From: a phage
DNA: 64,000 nt
Reading direction: 5' to 3' (one strand)
Assembly (NCBI GenBank): GCA_020381345.1
Contig: GCA_020381345.1_3636.1
Part shown: in pieces, positions 1 through 9,776 of the stretch
Layout: each line of letters begins with the position of its first letter
Numbering within the stretch: the first letter of the stretch is position 1
Program-made: the position numbers and the translations under genes
The notes under the pieces: model-generated
Databases searched by the model: none
Seen by the model: the letters and a program-made list of their open reading frames with translations, nothing else
Told to the model about the DNA's origin: nothing

Positions 1-1
1 C

Positions 2-556
2 TGGTATAATAATACATTTAAGACAGAGGGTCCAGTTGCCTCGCGTTATGTATGGCAGAGAGGTAATGAAGGGCTGACTGGTTGGTGGGAGATGGTAGAT
101 AACTCTAAGCTCCAGTCAAGATCTTTTGTTGCTGCGTGCCGCACAATCTATGAGCTCAAGAAACATAAAGAACCTGTTGATGAAAGATTATTCCTGTTCT
201 GCCAGAAATGGGCATGGTTTCTCAACAGATTCCAGTCATCTCATTCAGGAAATCTGCCTACAGACTTTAACACCTCTGGGGGATATTCTTATCAAGACAG
301 AGGGGACAGGATGTGGGTGGTAGGTGAATGGCTTGCAGGTTGCTGCTGGCTAGGTCTGTGCGGGTATTCAGAGACAATACCTCAAATAGATATTGTTGTA
401 GAAGCCTGTATGAAGCTACTGCAAAAGCACCACTTCATCAATGGGGATAATGTTTTAAACGGCTGCTGGGCAGTTTCTGATCCGGTGGGCTATCACTCTG
501 GCGAAATCCTTCGCGGTCTGGGCCTCTATGCTCAATACCGTGGATTGTACCTTTAA
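2..556 (+). CDS. hypothetical protein, C-terminal fragment (5-prime end lies upstream of window)
   Basis: Frame is open from position 2 with no stop until 556; Trp/Cys-rich; followed by hairpin and RBS of next gene. Confidence 0.4.
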   Translation, partial: WYNNTFKTEGPVASRYVWQRGNEGLTGWWEMVDNSKLQSRSFVAACRTIYELKKHKEPVDERLFLFCQKWAWFLNRFQSSHSGNLPTDFNTSGGYSYQDRGDRMWVVGEWLAGCCWLGLCGYSETIPQIDIVVEACMKLLQKHHFINGDNVLNGCWAVSDPVGYHSGEILRGLGLYAQYRGLYL

Positions 557-591
557 CATAGGGGGCTGTTTGCCCCCTTTCAGGAGAAAGA

Positions 592-3500
592 ATGGCTGAT
601 ATTAAAGTTGTCAGAATTGAATCTCTTCCTGCCACTACCGCAGTGACAGAGGATGATTACCTGGTTGTTCAACAACCAGACCTGACCCGTCGTGTAAAAA
701 TTGGCGATGTTGTCCATGTGGATGGGACTGTTTCTCATGTAATCTCCTTTAAGGAAGGTGGTAAGTTAAACGGCCCAATGGATTTTGCCTACTTCGAAGA
801 GGAAGACCTCTACCTGCGTTGGAAAGGCGAATTTCCACACACTGTTCCTGCACTATCTTCACCGTACGCTGATGGTGGGATTACTGACGCTGCATGGATG
901 GTATATACTGACCCGTCCTTAAGGGAGGAGTTGGAATCTACCATTGGCGCATCTATGATCATGACAGCCGAAGGGCAGTCTGTCCAGGATGTAATGGATG
1001 TTACTGTTCAGACAGCTAACGATGCTAAAGCCCTTGCACAGCGTGTAGATTTTGGTACAGTGCACACTGTAGGTGATGTTATCCACCTTGATAACTTTGT
1101 TGGCCCTGCAGTTATTGAAGAGGGAAGAACCACCAACTATCCCTCTGTAGCAGCTGGTGAAAAATTTCTGAACGGTGTGGTATCTCGTCGTGATACTACA
1201 ACTGTTGATGGTATTTTCCGTGGAGCTACCTCCGGAGCTATGTATACCATCTCAGTAACCAACGGTGTAGCGACAACAAAAAGAATAGCACTTCGTGATG
1301 AATTTAAACGCCTGGAGGCAAACAACCCAACAAGAACAGTTATCCGTGCTGGAGATGATTTAAACACGGCAGGGTACTTGCAGCTTGATGCAACAGGCCG
1401 TTGGGGTATGTGGAACCAACAAACAGCCTCGTGGCAACCTCTTGCTATAGAGCAAGGCGGTACAGGGGCCAGAGATGCCGCTGGAGTCCGTATCAATATC
1501 GGGGCTTTCTATAAGCAACGTGCAGCCCTTGAGCCAAATTTCAATATCAATAACTTGACTGGTAATCAGGATGGTGTATACTACCAGCCGATGACTGCTT
1601 ATGCAACTGAGGCAAATGGTTACCCTGCAGGTTCTGGTGCTGGTCACTTGATTGTTTGGCAGAACAATGCTAACGGCGGTACAGGTTGTCGTCAGGAATA
1701 CTACCCATTCTCTAACGTAGATGTTTGGTATTTGAGAACCTATCAGGCCAACACAAACCAGTGGACTGCATGGCAGCCGATGGTCAGACCTCGTAACGAT
1801 GATACCTTTAGAGCGCACATCGGTCTTGGGCCTAGAAATACCCCTACCTTCGGGCACATTTACCTGTCTCAAAGTTCTGCTGATGTTAAGTCAGCCTCGG
1901 GTATTGTTAACGGGGACAAATACAGCGCTGACGGTGTCCTTGAGCATGGATATAGGATCTATTCTGAGGTAAGAAACGACAATAAGGCTTGGTTGACAAT
2001 CCACCTGCACAAAGGTGCAAAAGGATCTGAAACTCACAGATATTTAGGTTTCCGCGAAGACGGCGTATTAGACTGTCCTAAATATATGCAGGTTGGGGAT
2101 CTTACTGGTCAGCTGACAAACTGGGGACTTGGAGAATGGATCCGTAGTTCAGGAGCAGAAAGAGGCTTTTGGGGGTCCAAGAAAGCCGCCAAGATGGTGG
2201 TCTGGGATGGAGGAATGGACGAATCCGGTAACGGCACTCTGGAATGGGGTGTTTATAACAACCGGAAGGCCAAGTGGGAACCTTTACCTCAAGCCGCAGG
2301 TGGCACTGGAGCTACAACTTTAGCAGATGCTCAGAATCTGTTCAAAGTTCCTGTAGCGGCAGGAGTAAAAGATTTCTTAACATTGCCAAGAACTGCAGGA
2401 ATGGAAGATGGGAAATACTACCCAATCATCGTTAGAACAGATCCATACTATGCGTCCACAACTGGTACTGATATTACTATAGTTACCAGATCGTCATCTG
2501 GAAATGACCCTATGAACTGTGCGACCTTACAGTGTCACTATAGAACTGGTGGTTGGACAGACAGAGGGGATTCTTTCCAAGGGGTTATTAATTTCTACCA
2601 AAACGAGAAAGCAATTCTTGGGTGTATAGCTCCAACCAGAGGAAGGCAGGAGTATGTTGCATTCTATGTTGAGTCGCGCGCTTTCCCTGTCAGTGTCTAC
2701 GCAAGCAGAAACGTTCTTGAGGTATTTACCAGAGAAAATGACTGGCAGGTAGGAAATGTGACTAACAACCAAGATGGTGTCAAGTTTTGCGCCCCTCTTG
2801 CGTCAGATAATTTAAGTCTTGCAATTAAAGGTGATGATGTAACAAACACCAGACCTCTTGCTGAGTTCAGGGGAACATCAGGGTTCTATACGGGTGGTGC
2901 TACAGGCTGGCACTATGTAGGCACACCTGACAGAATGGTTCTGATGAGTAAGACAGAGATGCCTCCTGTAGAGATGTGGTACAACGGTCTTAACTACATT
3001 TGCCCGGGTAGCCAAACCACTAGAAAAGCACTGTTCTCTAACGCAGGGTTCCAAGCTGCATCGGAAGGAACAGAGGATCTGATCAACAATACCTTTACCT
3101 CTAAATGCGGTAATGGCGCAAGACTGCAAGGACAGGCAGAGTTCAGATCCACCCCAGAGGCTGGTCAAGTTATTGTTCGTGATATTGTAGGCACAGCTCA
3201 TAGATTCTACAACTTCAACAAGGATGGTACTTTCTCAGCTCCTGGCGGTTTTGTATGTCATACTGGTGCTGACTGGAACAACCAGTTTGGTCCTAACAAC
3301 CCGTCAAAAATAATGGCTGGCAACGTCAACGGACCTGAAGGTTCAATGGTTGTTGGCGGGTTGTCTGTGGCATTTTCTGGAAACTACGCTTTCCAGATGG
3401 CAGGTCGTTTAGACCAGTTGTACACTCGTTCCATAGAGCAGGGAAACCACAGGGCGTGGAACAAAGTTATTCAGCACCGTGGTCAAGGTCTGGGGACAGA

Positions 3501-4404
3501 AGACCTTGATGCCTACGATGGTAGCCGTGAAGGTTTCTATCACCAGGGTTCAAACGCTGACGCACTTGTAATAGATCGCCACTACCCTGCTCCGTACGCT
3601 GGTACACTGCTTGTTTACAAAAACACAGCTAACAGACCTCAAGGTTGTGTGCAGGAATATATCACCTATTTTGGTGACAGATATACTCGTGCTGGTAACT
3701 ACGTTGGCGATGTCTTTACTTGGGAAGAATGGAGACACGATGCTGGTAAGGGCATTCAGTTAAGACCTAATTACACTTTCGGTGAAACCAGTACTCAACT
3801 GGAAATTCATGTCGGTGCTAATGGTCTTCCCTCCAACGCAGATGGCTTACCCAAGGATGATGCTGTACTCCATTATTGGGGTAACGGCAGCACAGGGGAT
3901 CGTCCAAACGTGTTAGAGTTTAAGGTTCGTGACGAGTCTCAAGCAAATTGGGTATGGCATTGCGGTACCTTGCCGGATAAATCAAGATATCTTTCTGTAA
4001 ACGGTGCTGTGAATTGCACATCTGTCAATCAGAGTTCTGACAGAGACCTGAAAGATAACATAGCTGTTATTCCTGATGCGTTAGAAGCTATCCGGAAGAT
4101 GAAGGGTTATACTTACACTCTTAAAGAGAACGGTATGCCTTATGCAGGTGTTATAGCACAAGAAGTGCTTGAAGCGCTGCCGGAAGCAGTTAGCTCTTTC
4201 GTGCAAAGAAAGGAAATCCCAAACCCTGATCAAGATGGAACTCCTTTGATAACAGAGGAAAGATTCTACAGCGTGGATTACGCAGCCGTAACAGGCTTGC
4301 TTGTCCAGGTTTGCAGGGAACAGGACGATAAAATAACCGCCCTTGAGGAGCAGGTTAAAAAATTGACAGAGGTTGTTACTGGGTTGCAAGAGAAACTGAA
4401 GTAA
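592..4404 (+). CDS. tail fibre/tailspike protein with C-terminal intramolecular chaperone (peptidase S74-like) domain
   Basis: RBS AGGAGA 7 nt upstream; 1270 aa; C-terminal ~120 aa (SSDRDLKDNIAVIP...GYTYTLKENGMPYAGVIAQEV...coiled coil) matches the autoproteolytic chaperone domain seen at the C-terminus of endosialidases and L-shaped tail fibres; rho-independent terminator follows. Confidence 0.7.
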   Translation: MADIKVVRIESLPATTAVTEDDYLVVQQPDLTRRVKIGDVVHVDGTVSHVISFKEGGKLNGPMDFAYFEEEDLYLRWKGEFPHTVPALSSPYADGGITDAAWMVYTDPSLREELESTIGASMIMTAEGQSVQDVMDVTVQTANDAKALAQRVDFGTVHTVGDVIHLDNFVGPAVIEEGRTTNYPSVAAGEKFLNGVVSRRDTTTVDGIFRGATSGAMYTISVTNGVATTKRIALRDEFKRLEANNPTRTVIRAGDDLNTAGYLQLDATGRWGMWNQQTASWQPLAIEQGGTGARDAAGVRINIGAFYKQRAALEPNFNINNLTGNQDGVYYQPMTAYATEANGYPAGSGAGHLIVWQNNANGGTGCRQEYYPFSNVDVWYLRTYQANTNQWTAWQPMVRPRNDDTFRAHIGLGPRNTPTFGHIYLSQSSADVKSASGIVNGDKYSADGVLEHGYRIYSEVRNDNKAWLTIHLHKGAKGSETHRYLGFREDGVLDCPKYMQVGDLTGQLTNWGLGEWIRSSGAERGFWGSKKAAKMVVWDGGMDESGNGTLEWGVYNNRKAKWEPLPQAAGGTGATTLADAQNLFKVPVAAGVKDFLTLPRTAGMEDGKYYPIIVRTDPYYASTTGTDITIVTRSSSGNDPMNCATLQCHYRTGGWTDRGDSFQGVINFYQNEKAILGCIAPTRGRQEYVAFYVESRAFPVSVYASRNVLEVFTRENDWQVGNVTNNQDGVKFCAPLASDNLSLAIKGDDVTNTRPLAEFRGTSGFYTGGATGWHYVGTPDRMVLMSKTEMPPVEMWYNGLNYICPGSQTTRKALFSNAGFQAASEGTEDLINNTFTSKCGNGARLQGQAEFRSTPEAGQVIVRDIVGTAHRFYNFNKDGTFSAPGGFVCHTGADWNNQFGPNNPSKIMAGNVNGPEGSMVVGGLSVAFSGNYAFQMAGRLDQLYTRSIEQGNHRAWNKVIQHRGQGLGTEDLDAYDGSREGFYHQGSNADALVIDRHYPAPYAGTLLVYKNTANRPQGCVQEYITYFGDRYTRAGNYVGDVFTWEEWRHDAGKGIQLRPNYTFGETSTQLEIHVGANGLPSNADGLPKDDAVLHYWGNGSTGDRPNVLEFKVRDESQANWVWHCGTLPDKSRYLSVNGAVNCTSVNQSSDRDLKDNIAVIPDALEAIRKMKGYTYTLKENGMPYAGVIAQEVLEALPEAVSSFVQRKEIPNPDQDGTPLITEERFYSVDYAAVTGLLVQVCREQDDKITALEEQVKKLTEVVTGLQEKLK

Positions 4405-4411
4405 CTGTTTT

Positions 4412-4440
4412 GCCCTCGCTTCGGCGGGGGCTTTTTGTTT
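4412..4440 (+). terminator. rho-independent terminator
   Basis: GC hairpin with TTCG loop then CTTTTTGTTT. Confidence 0.6.
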
Positions 4441-4503
4441 GTATTGCGTATTAACTTAAAATCTGGTAAAATAACTATCATGATTGTTTAACCTGGAGGC
4501 ACA

Positions 4504-5094
4504 ATGTTTTTATGGGAAAGGCCTAGATACCTTCCAGATATTAGATTGGAGCTGCTGGCAGATATTGTTACGTTTAAAAGTCCGTTTACAGGTAAAACGC
4601 AAAAAGTAACCTATGCCACACCTAACTGGAAAGGCACTTTGACGGTTTCCAATATCAGCGAGTCACAGTTGCTAGAGCTTAAGAGCTTTGTTGATCAGGT
4701 GTATAAAGATGGAAACATCTTTCTTATTAAAACTTACGGTCACTCAGTTGCAGCTAATGAGCCAATCGCCCTTGGGCCTACTGGTAACGACGATTTTTTG
4801 AAGACTGTTGGGTGGGAGCCAAACAGAGACATAGCCAGAGCTGGGGATAAGATATCTGTCAATGATGAATTGAAAGTGGTAACAGCTCCAGTGCGTAGCG
4901 ATGGTGTTGGGTCTGCTGTTATAAGCATATCTCCAAGACTTAGAAAACCTATTGCCGCAGGGGACACTATGAAGATAATAACTCAATCCCCGAAGGGTAG
5001 GTTTCATATCAGAGATATTTATAAAATTAAGCAAAAAGTCGATGCTATGCAAAAAGGCGATAATATAGTTATCAACTTCTTTGAGGATTTCTAA
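4504..5094 (+). CDS. tail-tip/baseplate assembly protein (hypothetical)
   Basis: GGAGG RBS; position in tail module; overlaps next gene start (translational coupling). Confidence 0.4.
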   Translation: MFLWERPRYLPDIRLELLADIVTFKSPFTGKTQKVTYATPNWKGTLTVSNISESQLLELKSFVDQVYKDGNIFLIKTYGHSVAANEPIALGPTGNDDFLKTVGWEPNRDIARAGDKISVNDELKVVTAPVRSDGVGSAVISISPRLRKPIAAGDTMKIITQSPKGRFHIRDIYKIKQKVDAMQKGDNIVINFFEDF

Positions 5095-5647
5095 GATGAT
5101 CAGAGCGCCATTAGATAATTTATTTCTTGAAAAGCTGGAGCTTGATGGTGTTGAGATCTTAATTGCTGCAAAGCTGGAGCTACCGACAGGAACTGTCAGG
5201 GTGTGCTCAGGCACTGGTGTTATAGTAATTGAGGGGCAACATTTTATAGGGATAGGGGGATCAGCAACATTAACTGCTGTGTCTGAGAAAGATGCCACCA
5301 ACTTCGGATCTGTGGTAGCAACATTGAACGGGTTTGATCCTAAGTATGTGGGTGATCTGCTGAAGACGGAGTATTCTGGTTGTCGTGCCACGTTGTACAT
5401 TACCGCTATGGAGAATGGTCTACCTGTCACAACTAATGGCTTGTTTGACGGCCTTATAACAGATATGGCTATTCAGACAGGTGAGAATAGTGCTTTGTCA
5501 ATATCCATCTCTTCCATCTTCAACAGTTGGTTAAGAGGTTTTCCTTATCGGTACACGGAGGAAAGCCACAGCTCAAGAAACGATAATGACAGATTTTTTA
5601 AATATGTGGATCAGGTGGCGAGCCGCCCGATCATTTGGGAGGTTTAA
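5081..5647 (+). CDS. tail-tip/baseplate protein (hypothetical)
   Basis: 188 aa ORF, coupled to neighbours, Gly/Thr-rich beta-type composition. Confidence 0.4.
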   Translation: MRISKMIRAPLDNLFLEKLELDGVEILIAAKLELPTGTVRVCSGTGVIVIEGQHFIGIGGSATLTAVSEKDATNFGSVVATLNGFDPKYVGDLLKTEYSGCRATLYITAMENGLPVTTNGLFDGLITDMAIQTGENSALSISISSIFNSWLRGFPYRYTEESHSSRNDNDRFFKYVDQVASRPIIWEV

Positions 5648-6072
5648 TGAGCACACACCCTCGTTTAGTGGATTGGCAAGAAAGATTGTGGAAAGTGTTT
5701 GACGAAGAGGCCACCATACCTTTTGAATGGGGATTCCACGATTGTTGCACCTTTGCGGCTAAGTGTGTTGATGCCCAATACGGAACAGATTTTCTTTCCA
5801 ACTTCGAAGGAACGTATAAAACAGAGTTGGAAAGCAAAAGATGGTGCATGCTTCGTTTCAAAACTACACACCTGCCTACTATTTTTGATCTCTTTATGAC
5901 TCGACTGGATACTCCTAAACAGGTTCAGCGTGGCGATATTGTTATTTTCGAAGGTCTGAACGGGCTCACCGCTGGTGTGTTCTGGAACAACCAGATTTGG
6001 GCGAAAGGTGATAAAGGGGTCTTTATGTTCGACATGAAAGATTCTATCGTTGTTGATGTCTGGAGGTATTAA
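5635..6072 (+). CDS. small tail protein with possible NlpC/P60-like fold (lambda gpK-like position)
   Basis: GGGAGG RBS; motif GFHDCCTF and GDIVIF reminiscent of NlpC/P60 Cys region; directly precedes the large tip protein. Confidence 0.3.
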   Translation: MGGLMSTHPRLVDWQERLWKVFDEEATIPFEWGFHDCCTFAAKCVDAQYGTDFLSNFEGTYKTELESKRWCMLRFKTTHLPTIFDLFMTRLDTPKQVQRGDIVIFEGLNGLTAGVFWNNQIWAKGDKGVFMFDMKDSIVVDVWRY

Positions 6073-9000
6073 TGCCAATTGCAATGATTGATAACATCGT
6101 TGCTTCTGCAAGATCTTCAAGTTATGACTGGAACGCATCCAAGGCAGCTCTGGCTGACAGCCTGAACACTGTGACCACCAGAACTTTGGATAAGATTTTT
6201 GAGGGCAACAAATCTTACAGAAGTCAGCAAGATAGACAAAAGCTTCTCAGATCTTCTGCTGCACCTTGCTCTGTAGTGTATGGAAAGACACGCACATCTG
6301 GATTGCTTGCGTTTTTGGAGCAGGATAGCGACAGAACCCTCCATTGTGCTATTGTTCTTGCCAATCACCCTCTGGAAGGTATAGAAGATATACTTATCGA
6401 CGGTAATCCTATTTCCTCGTATGGAGATCTGGTATCGTGGGAGCTACATAACGACAGAAAAACATCTGATCCTTTCATGGGTACACACTGCCCATCATGG
6501 TCACCCGACATGATAGGTAGAGGGATCAGTTGGCTACGTGCCAGCTTCAGGTTTGACCCTAACAAGTTTCCTTTTGGGTTGCCAAACGTTACACTTGTCA
6601 AGGTTGGTAAAAAATGCTATGATCCTCGTATCAGTAAAGAGGTGTATACCAATAACGCGGCCTTGGTGATCCTAGACTATTTAAGAACGTACCTTAAATG
6701 TCCTGACGAAACCATTAACTGGGAGTCCTTCAAGGAGGCTGCCAACATATGCGACGAGGCGGTAAAAAACGCTGACGGAACCAGTGAGCGACGTTACACC
6801 ATTAACGGTGAGTTTGACATGGATGAGGCCCCAGCAAGCATTATGGCAGAAATGCTGAAAGCTTGTGGTGCAGATCTCAGCTATGTAGCTGGTAAGTATG
6901 GTTTGCTGGTTGGTGCATACTATGGCCCAGCAACAATGACACTGAGTGAGGATTGTGTCTGTGGTGAGGTCAAGATCTATCCGGAAGCCTCATTTGACAA
7001 AAGATCCAACACAATAACTGGCAGATTCACCAGTCCTACCAAAGGGTATTCTGAAACAGATTTCCCATCAGTGTTTGTCCCAGAGTGGATAGAGAAGGAT
7101 GGAGAAAGAAAGATAATCGATATAGACTATCGCTTTGTTACCAGTCCTTATCAAGCTCAGCGTGTTTCTGCAATCTTCCTAAGACGTGCCAGAGCTGGCA
7201 GGATTATTGAAGTCACCTGCAATATGCGAGGTTTCAAATTTAAACCTGGTCGTTACGTTACAATGGACCTCCCAAGTATTGGTATAGTGGGCCAAGAAAT
7301 GAGAGTTCTTGAATGGGAGTTTACCAAAAAGGGTGGTGTCAAGGTAAAACTTCGTCAAGATGCTAAAGAGTGGAATGATGCCACAGGACAACTTCCGGAT
7401 TCTGGCGATGTAGATATTCCAATATCTCCATCTGGTGTAGCTCAACCGCAAAACTTCAGATATTCCGTTCTCCAAGCTGGAGAAGTAACTCACGGTGTTT
7501 TGGCTTGGGACAACGTTGGGACCTACGCTCAAAATATTGTGCAGGTAAGAAAGAACGGAGAGATTGTTTGGACAGCACAAACAGTTGAGCAGTTTGTCCG
7601 AGTAGAAGGCTTGACCAAAGGGTCATACACAGCAACCGTGGTTGCAACATCTTATAAAGGTGGCGTATCTCCGGAAGCATATTGTGAGTTCAACATTCAG
7701 GCACCTGAAGCTCCTGTTTCTGTGGAGGTTAAACAGGGATACTTTGCTATTACCCTGATCCCGCACAGCAGAGACTTGGCTAGTGTAAGCACCCAGTACG
7801 ACTTTTGGACATCTGGGATGACAAGATTGCCAGATACCAGTGATGCAACCGTTACTTCAAAAGCCACTCGTATGGGTGTTGGTTCAACTTGGACATCTGA
7901 AGGTCTGCAGAACGATAAGATTTATTACTGGTATATCAGGACAACAAATGCTTTTGGTTCATCTGCTTTTGTGGAGTGTGCAGCCCACTGTTACACATCC
8001 ATAGAAGATCTTATGCCACAGATTGATGCTGAGTTCAAAAAGACAGAGACTTATAAAGAGCTTACCGCCAATCTTGATAATGCAGTCAAGGAAATGGATA
8101 AAAATGTTGGTGCAGTCAATGACCGTGTTACTAGCATTTTTGAAGAGCTTGGGGATACAATAGAGGGTGTTGTCAGAGAGACGACAGAAAAATTTACAGG
8201 GGTTAATGGAGAAATTTCTGCCCTTAACAGTAAGCTGGTAGCAGCTCAGCAATCCTTTGACGATAAACTTGCAGCAGAGTCTGGTAGGCTTGGGTCACTA
8301 ATCGAGACAACAAATAGATCAACCGTTGATCTTGTTAATCGTAAAACTCAAGCATTGAGTGAGCAAATAACTGCAACTCAAGGTACTCTGCGGGAAGAGT
8401 TGAAGAACACTGAGAGCAAACTTAACTCCTCTATTCAAGAAACCAACAAGGCAACAACCGACCTGCTAAATAAGACAACGGAAGCTATTAAGCAGGATCT
8501 GGTGGCAGCTACAGGGAAGATCACCAAGCTGGAAGATGATGTGCAGAAAGAGGTTGCCAATCTGCAAGCATCTATTCAAGAAACTAATAGTACAACAGTT
8601 GATCTTGTTAATAATACAGCCACAGCGATCCGTCAAGAACTTACCTCTGCAAAACAAGAAATTGTTGACGAAATGGGTAATATTGATGAGCTTAGGGCTA
8701 CAGTATCTAATACCTCTAAAGCTGTAACAACACTTGAGGGTAAAATAGATGCTCAGTGGGGGGCTAAGATTCAGGTTGACAGCCATGGTAATAAATATGT
8801 GGCAGGTATCCAGCTGGGCATGGAGGGGTCTGGAGGACAAGTTCAATCATACTTTATGGTTAGTGCAAACAACTTTGCGGTGTACAACCCTGGTAACGGC
8901 ACAGCAACCCTTGCTTTCGCAATCAAGAATAACCAAGCGTTCTTGAAAGACGCTTTTATAGAGAATGGCACGATCTCCTCTGCCAAGATCGCACAAGAAA

Positions 9001-9671
9001 TTTCGTCAAACAACTACGATAGCAACGGGTACCATAACTACGGTTGGTATATTAACAAGAACGGGCACGCCCAATTTATGGATGTGTGGGTGAAAGGTAA
9101 CATCAACGCCAGTTCTGGTAACTTCACAGGGGCAGTTAACGCCACCAGTGGTACCTTCCGTGGTGATGTTTATGCCAATAATGGTAGCTTTAGAGGCACC
9201 ATAGATGCAACCGGAGGTACCTTCCGTGGTCGTGTAGAAGCTTCTGTTATCCGTGCTAACCAGTTCGAAGGTGCGATTGTTGCACACAGGACTTACGGAG
9301 ATTGTGCTCCAGTATATAACTCCCAGCAAAGGGTTTGCCGTTGGAGGTGGAGATACGTAGATAACGTTTCAGGTCAGGGTAAGAACGTAACATTCTTCTT
9401 TAAACTTAATGGTACTCTTGCCAGCTCCCAACTGAATGCATGGATAGCTGGTCATCAGATCCTTGCTGGCAAGAAGTATTTTAACGACAACAACGGCATG
9501 TGTGCGGTAGGGATAACAGGTCTGGGTGAACAAACTATAGACATTGTTATCGAGATTTACACACCGTGGTCAACGTCGAGCGTGACAGGTGTCACAATCT
9601 CCTGTCCTACTGTAATAGTAAGTCGTTCAAACTCTAGCTTCCAGGGACCTTGGAACGAGTCTCACGACTAA
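6072..9671 (+). CDS. central tail fibre / host-specificity (J-like) protein with coiled-coil shaft and Gly-rich C-terminal repeats
   Basis: GGAGG RBS; 1199 aa; globular N-terminal region, ~250-aa heptad-like region with repeated ETN..TVDLVN motifs, C-terminal repeats GNFTGAVNATSGTFRGDVYANNGSFRGTIDATGGTFRG; terminator follows. Confidence 0.5.
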   Translation: MPIAMIDNIVASARSSSYDWNASKAALADSLNTVTTRTLDKIFEGNKSYRSQQDRQKLLRSSAAPCSVVYGKTRTSGLLAFLEQDSDRTLHCAIVLANHPLEGIEDILIDGNPISSYGDLVSWELHNDRKTSDPFMGTHCPSWSPDMIGRGISWLRASFRFDPNKFPFGLPNVTLVKVGKKCYDPRISKEVYTNNAALVILDYLRTYLKCPDETINWESFKEAANICDEAVKNADGTSERRYTINGEFDMDEAPASIMAEMLKACGADLSYVAGKYGLLVGAYYGPATMTLSEDCVCGEVKIYPEASFDKRSNTITGRFTSPTKGYSETDFPSVFVPEWIEKDGERKIIDIDYRFVTSPYQAQRVSAIFLRRARAGRIIEVTCNMRGFKFKPGRYVTMDLPSIGIVGQEMRVLEWEFTKKGGVKVKLRQDAKEWNDATGQLPDSGDVDIPISPSGVAQPQNFRYSVLQAGEVTHGVLAWDNVGTYAQNIVQVRKNGEIVWTAQTVEQFVRVEGLTKGSYTATVVATSYKGGVSPEAYCEFNIQAPEAPVSVEVKQGYFAITLIPHSRDLASVSTQYDFWTSGMTRLPDTSDATVTSKATRMGVGSTWTSEGLQNDKIYYWYIRTTNAFGSSAFVECAAHCYTSIEDLMPQIDAEFKKTETYKELTANLDNAVKEMDKNVGAVNDRVTSIFEELGDTIEGVVRETTEKFTGVNGEISALNSKLVAAQQSFDDKLAAESGRLGSLIETTNRSTVDLVNRKTQALSEQITATQGTLREELKNTESKLNSSIQETNKATTDLLNKTTEAIKQDLVAATGKITKLEDDVQKEVANLQASIQETNSTTVDLVNNTATAIRQELTSAKQEIVDEMGNIDELRATVSNTSKAVTTLEGKIDAQWGAKIQVDSHGNKYVAGIQLGMEGSGGQVQSYFMVSANNFAVYNPGNGTATLAFAIKNNQAFLKDAFIENGTISSAKIAQEISSNNYDSNGYHNYGWYINKNGHAQFMDVWVKGNINASSGNFTGAVNATSGTFRGDVYANNGSFRGTIDATGGTFRGRVEASVIRANQFEGAIVAHRTYGDCAPVYNSQQRVCRWRWRYVDNVSGQGKNVTFFFKLNGTLASSQLNAWIAGHQILAGKKYFNDNNGMCAVGITGLGEQTIDIVIEIYTPWSTSSVTGVTISCPTVIVSRSNSSFQGPWNESHD

Positions 9672-9680
9672 CCTTTAAAG

Positions 9681-9706
9681 CCCCGCTTCGGCGGGGTTTA
9701 TTTTTA
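9681..9706 (+). terminator. rho-independent terminator
   Basis: CCCCGC TTCG GCGGGG then TTTATTTTT. Confidence 0.65.
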
Positions 9707-9776
9707 TGCTCAGATTGACTATTGTTACAAAATTTGGTAAAATACCTTGTAGAGATTTTCATACCGGAGGAGTGAC

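Noticed and set aside
1137-4481. Multiple reverse-strand and alternative-frame ORFs inside the 592..4404 tail-fibre gene (e.g. 1137..1496, 1360..1872, 2878..3201, 4081..4389)
   Set aside because: Fully nested in a long, well-supported coding frame, no RBS; shadow ORFs. The same applies to nested ORFs inside other large genes throughout the window.
6072-9671. Tape-measure protein assignment for the 1199-aa protein
   Set aside because: N-terminal half is globular rather than uniformly helical, C-terminus has Gly-rich fibre-like repeats, and it sits after the small tip-assembly genes; central fibre/J-like protein fits better.
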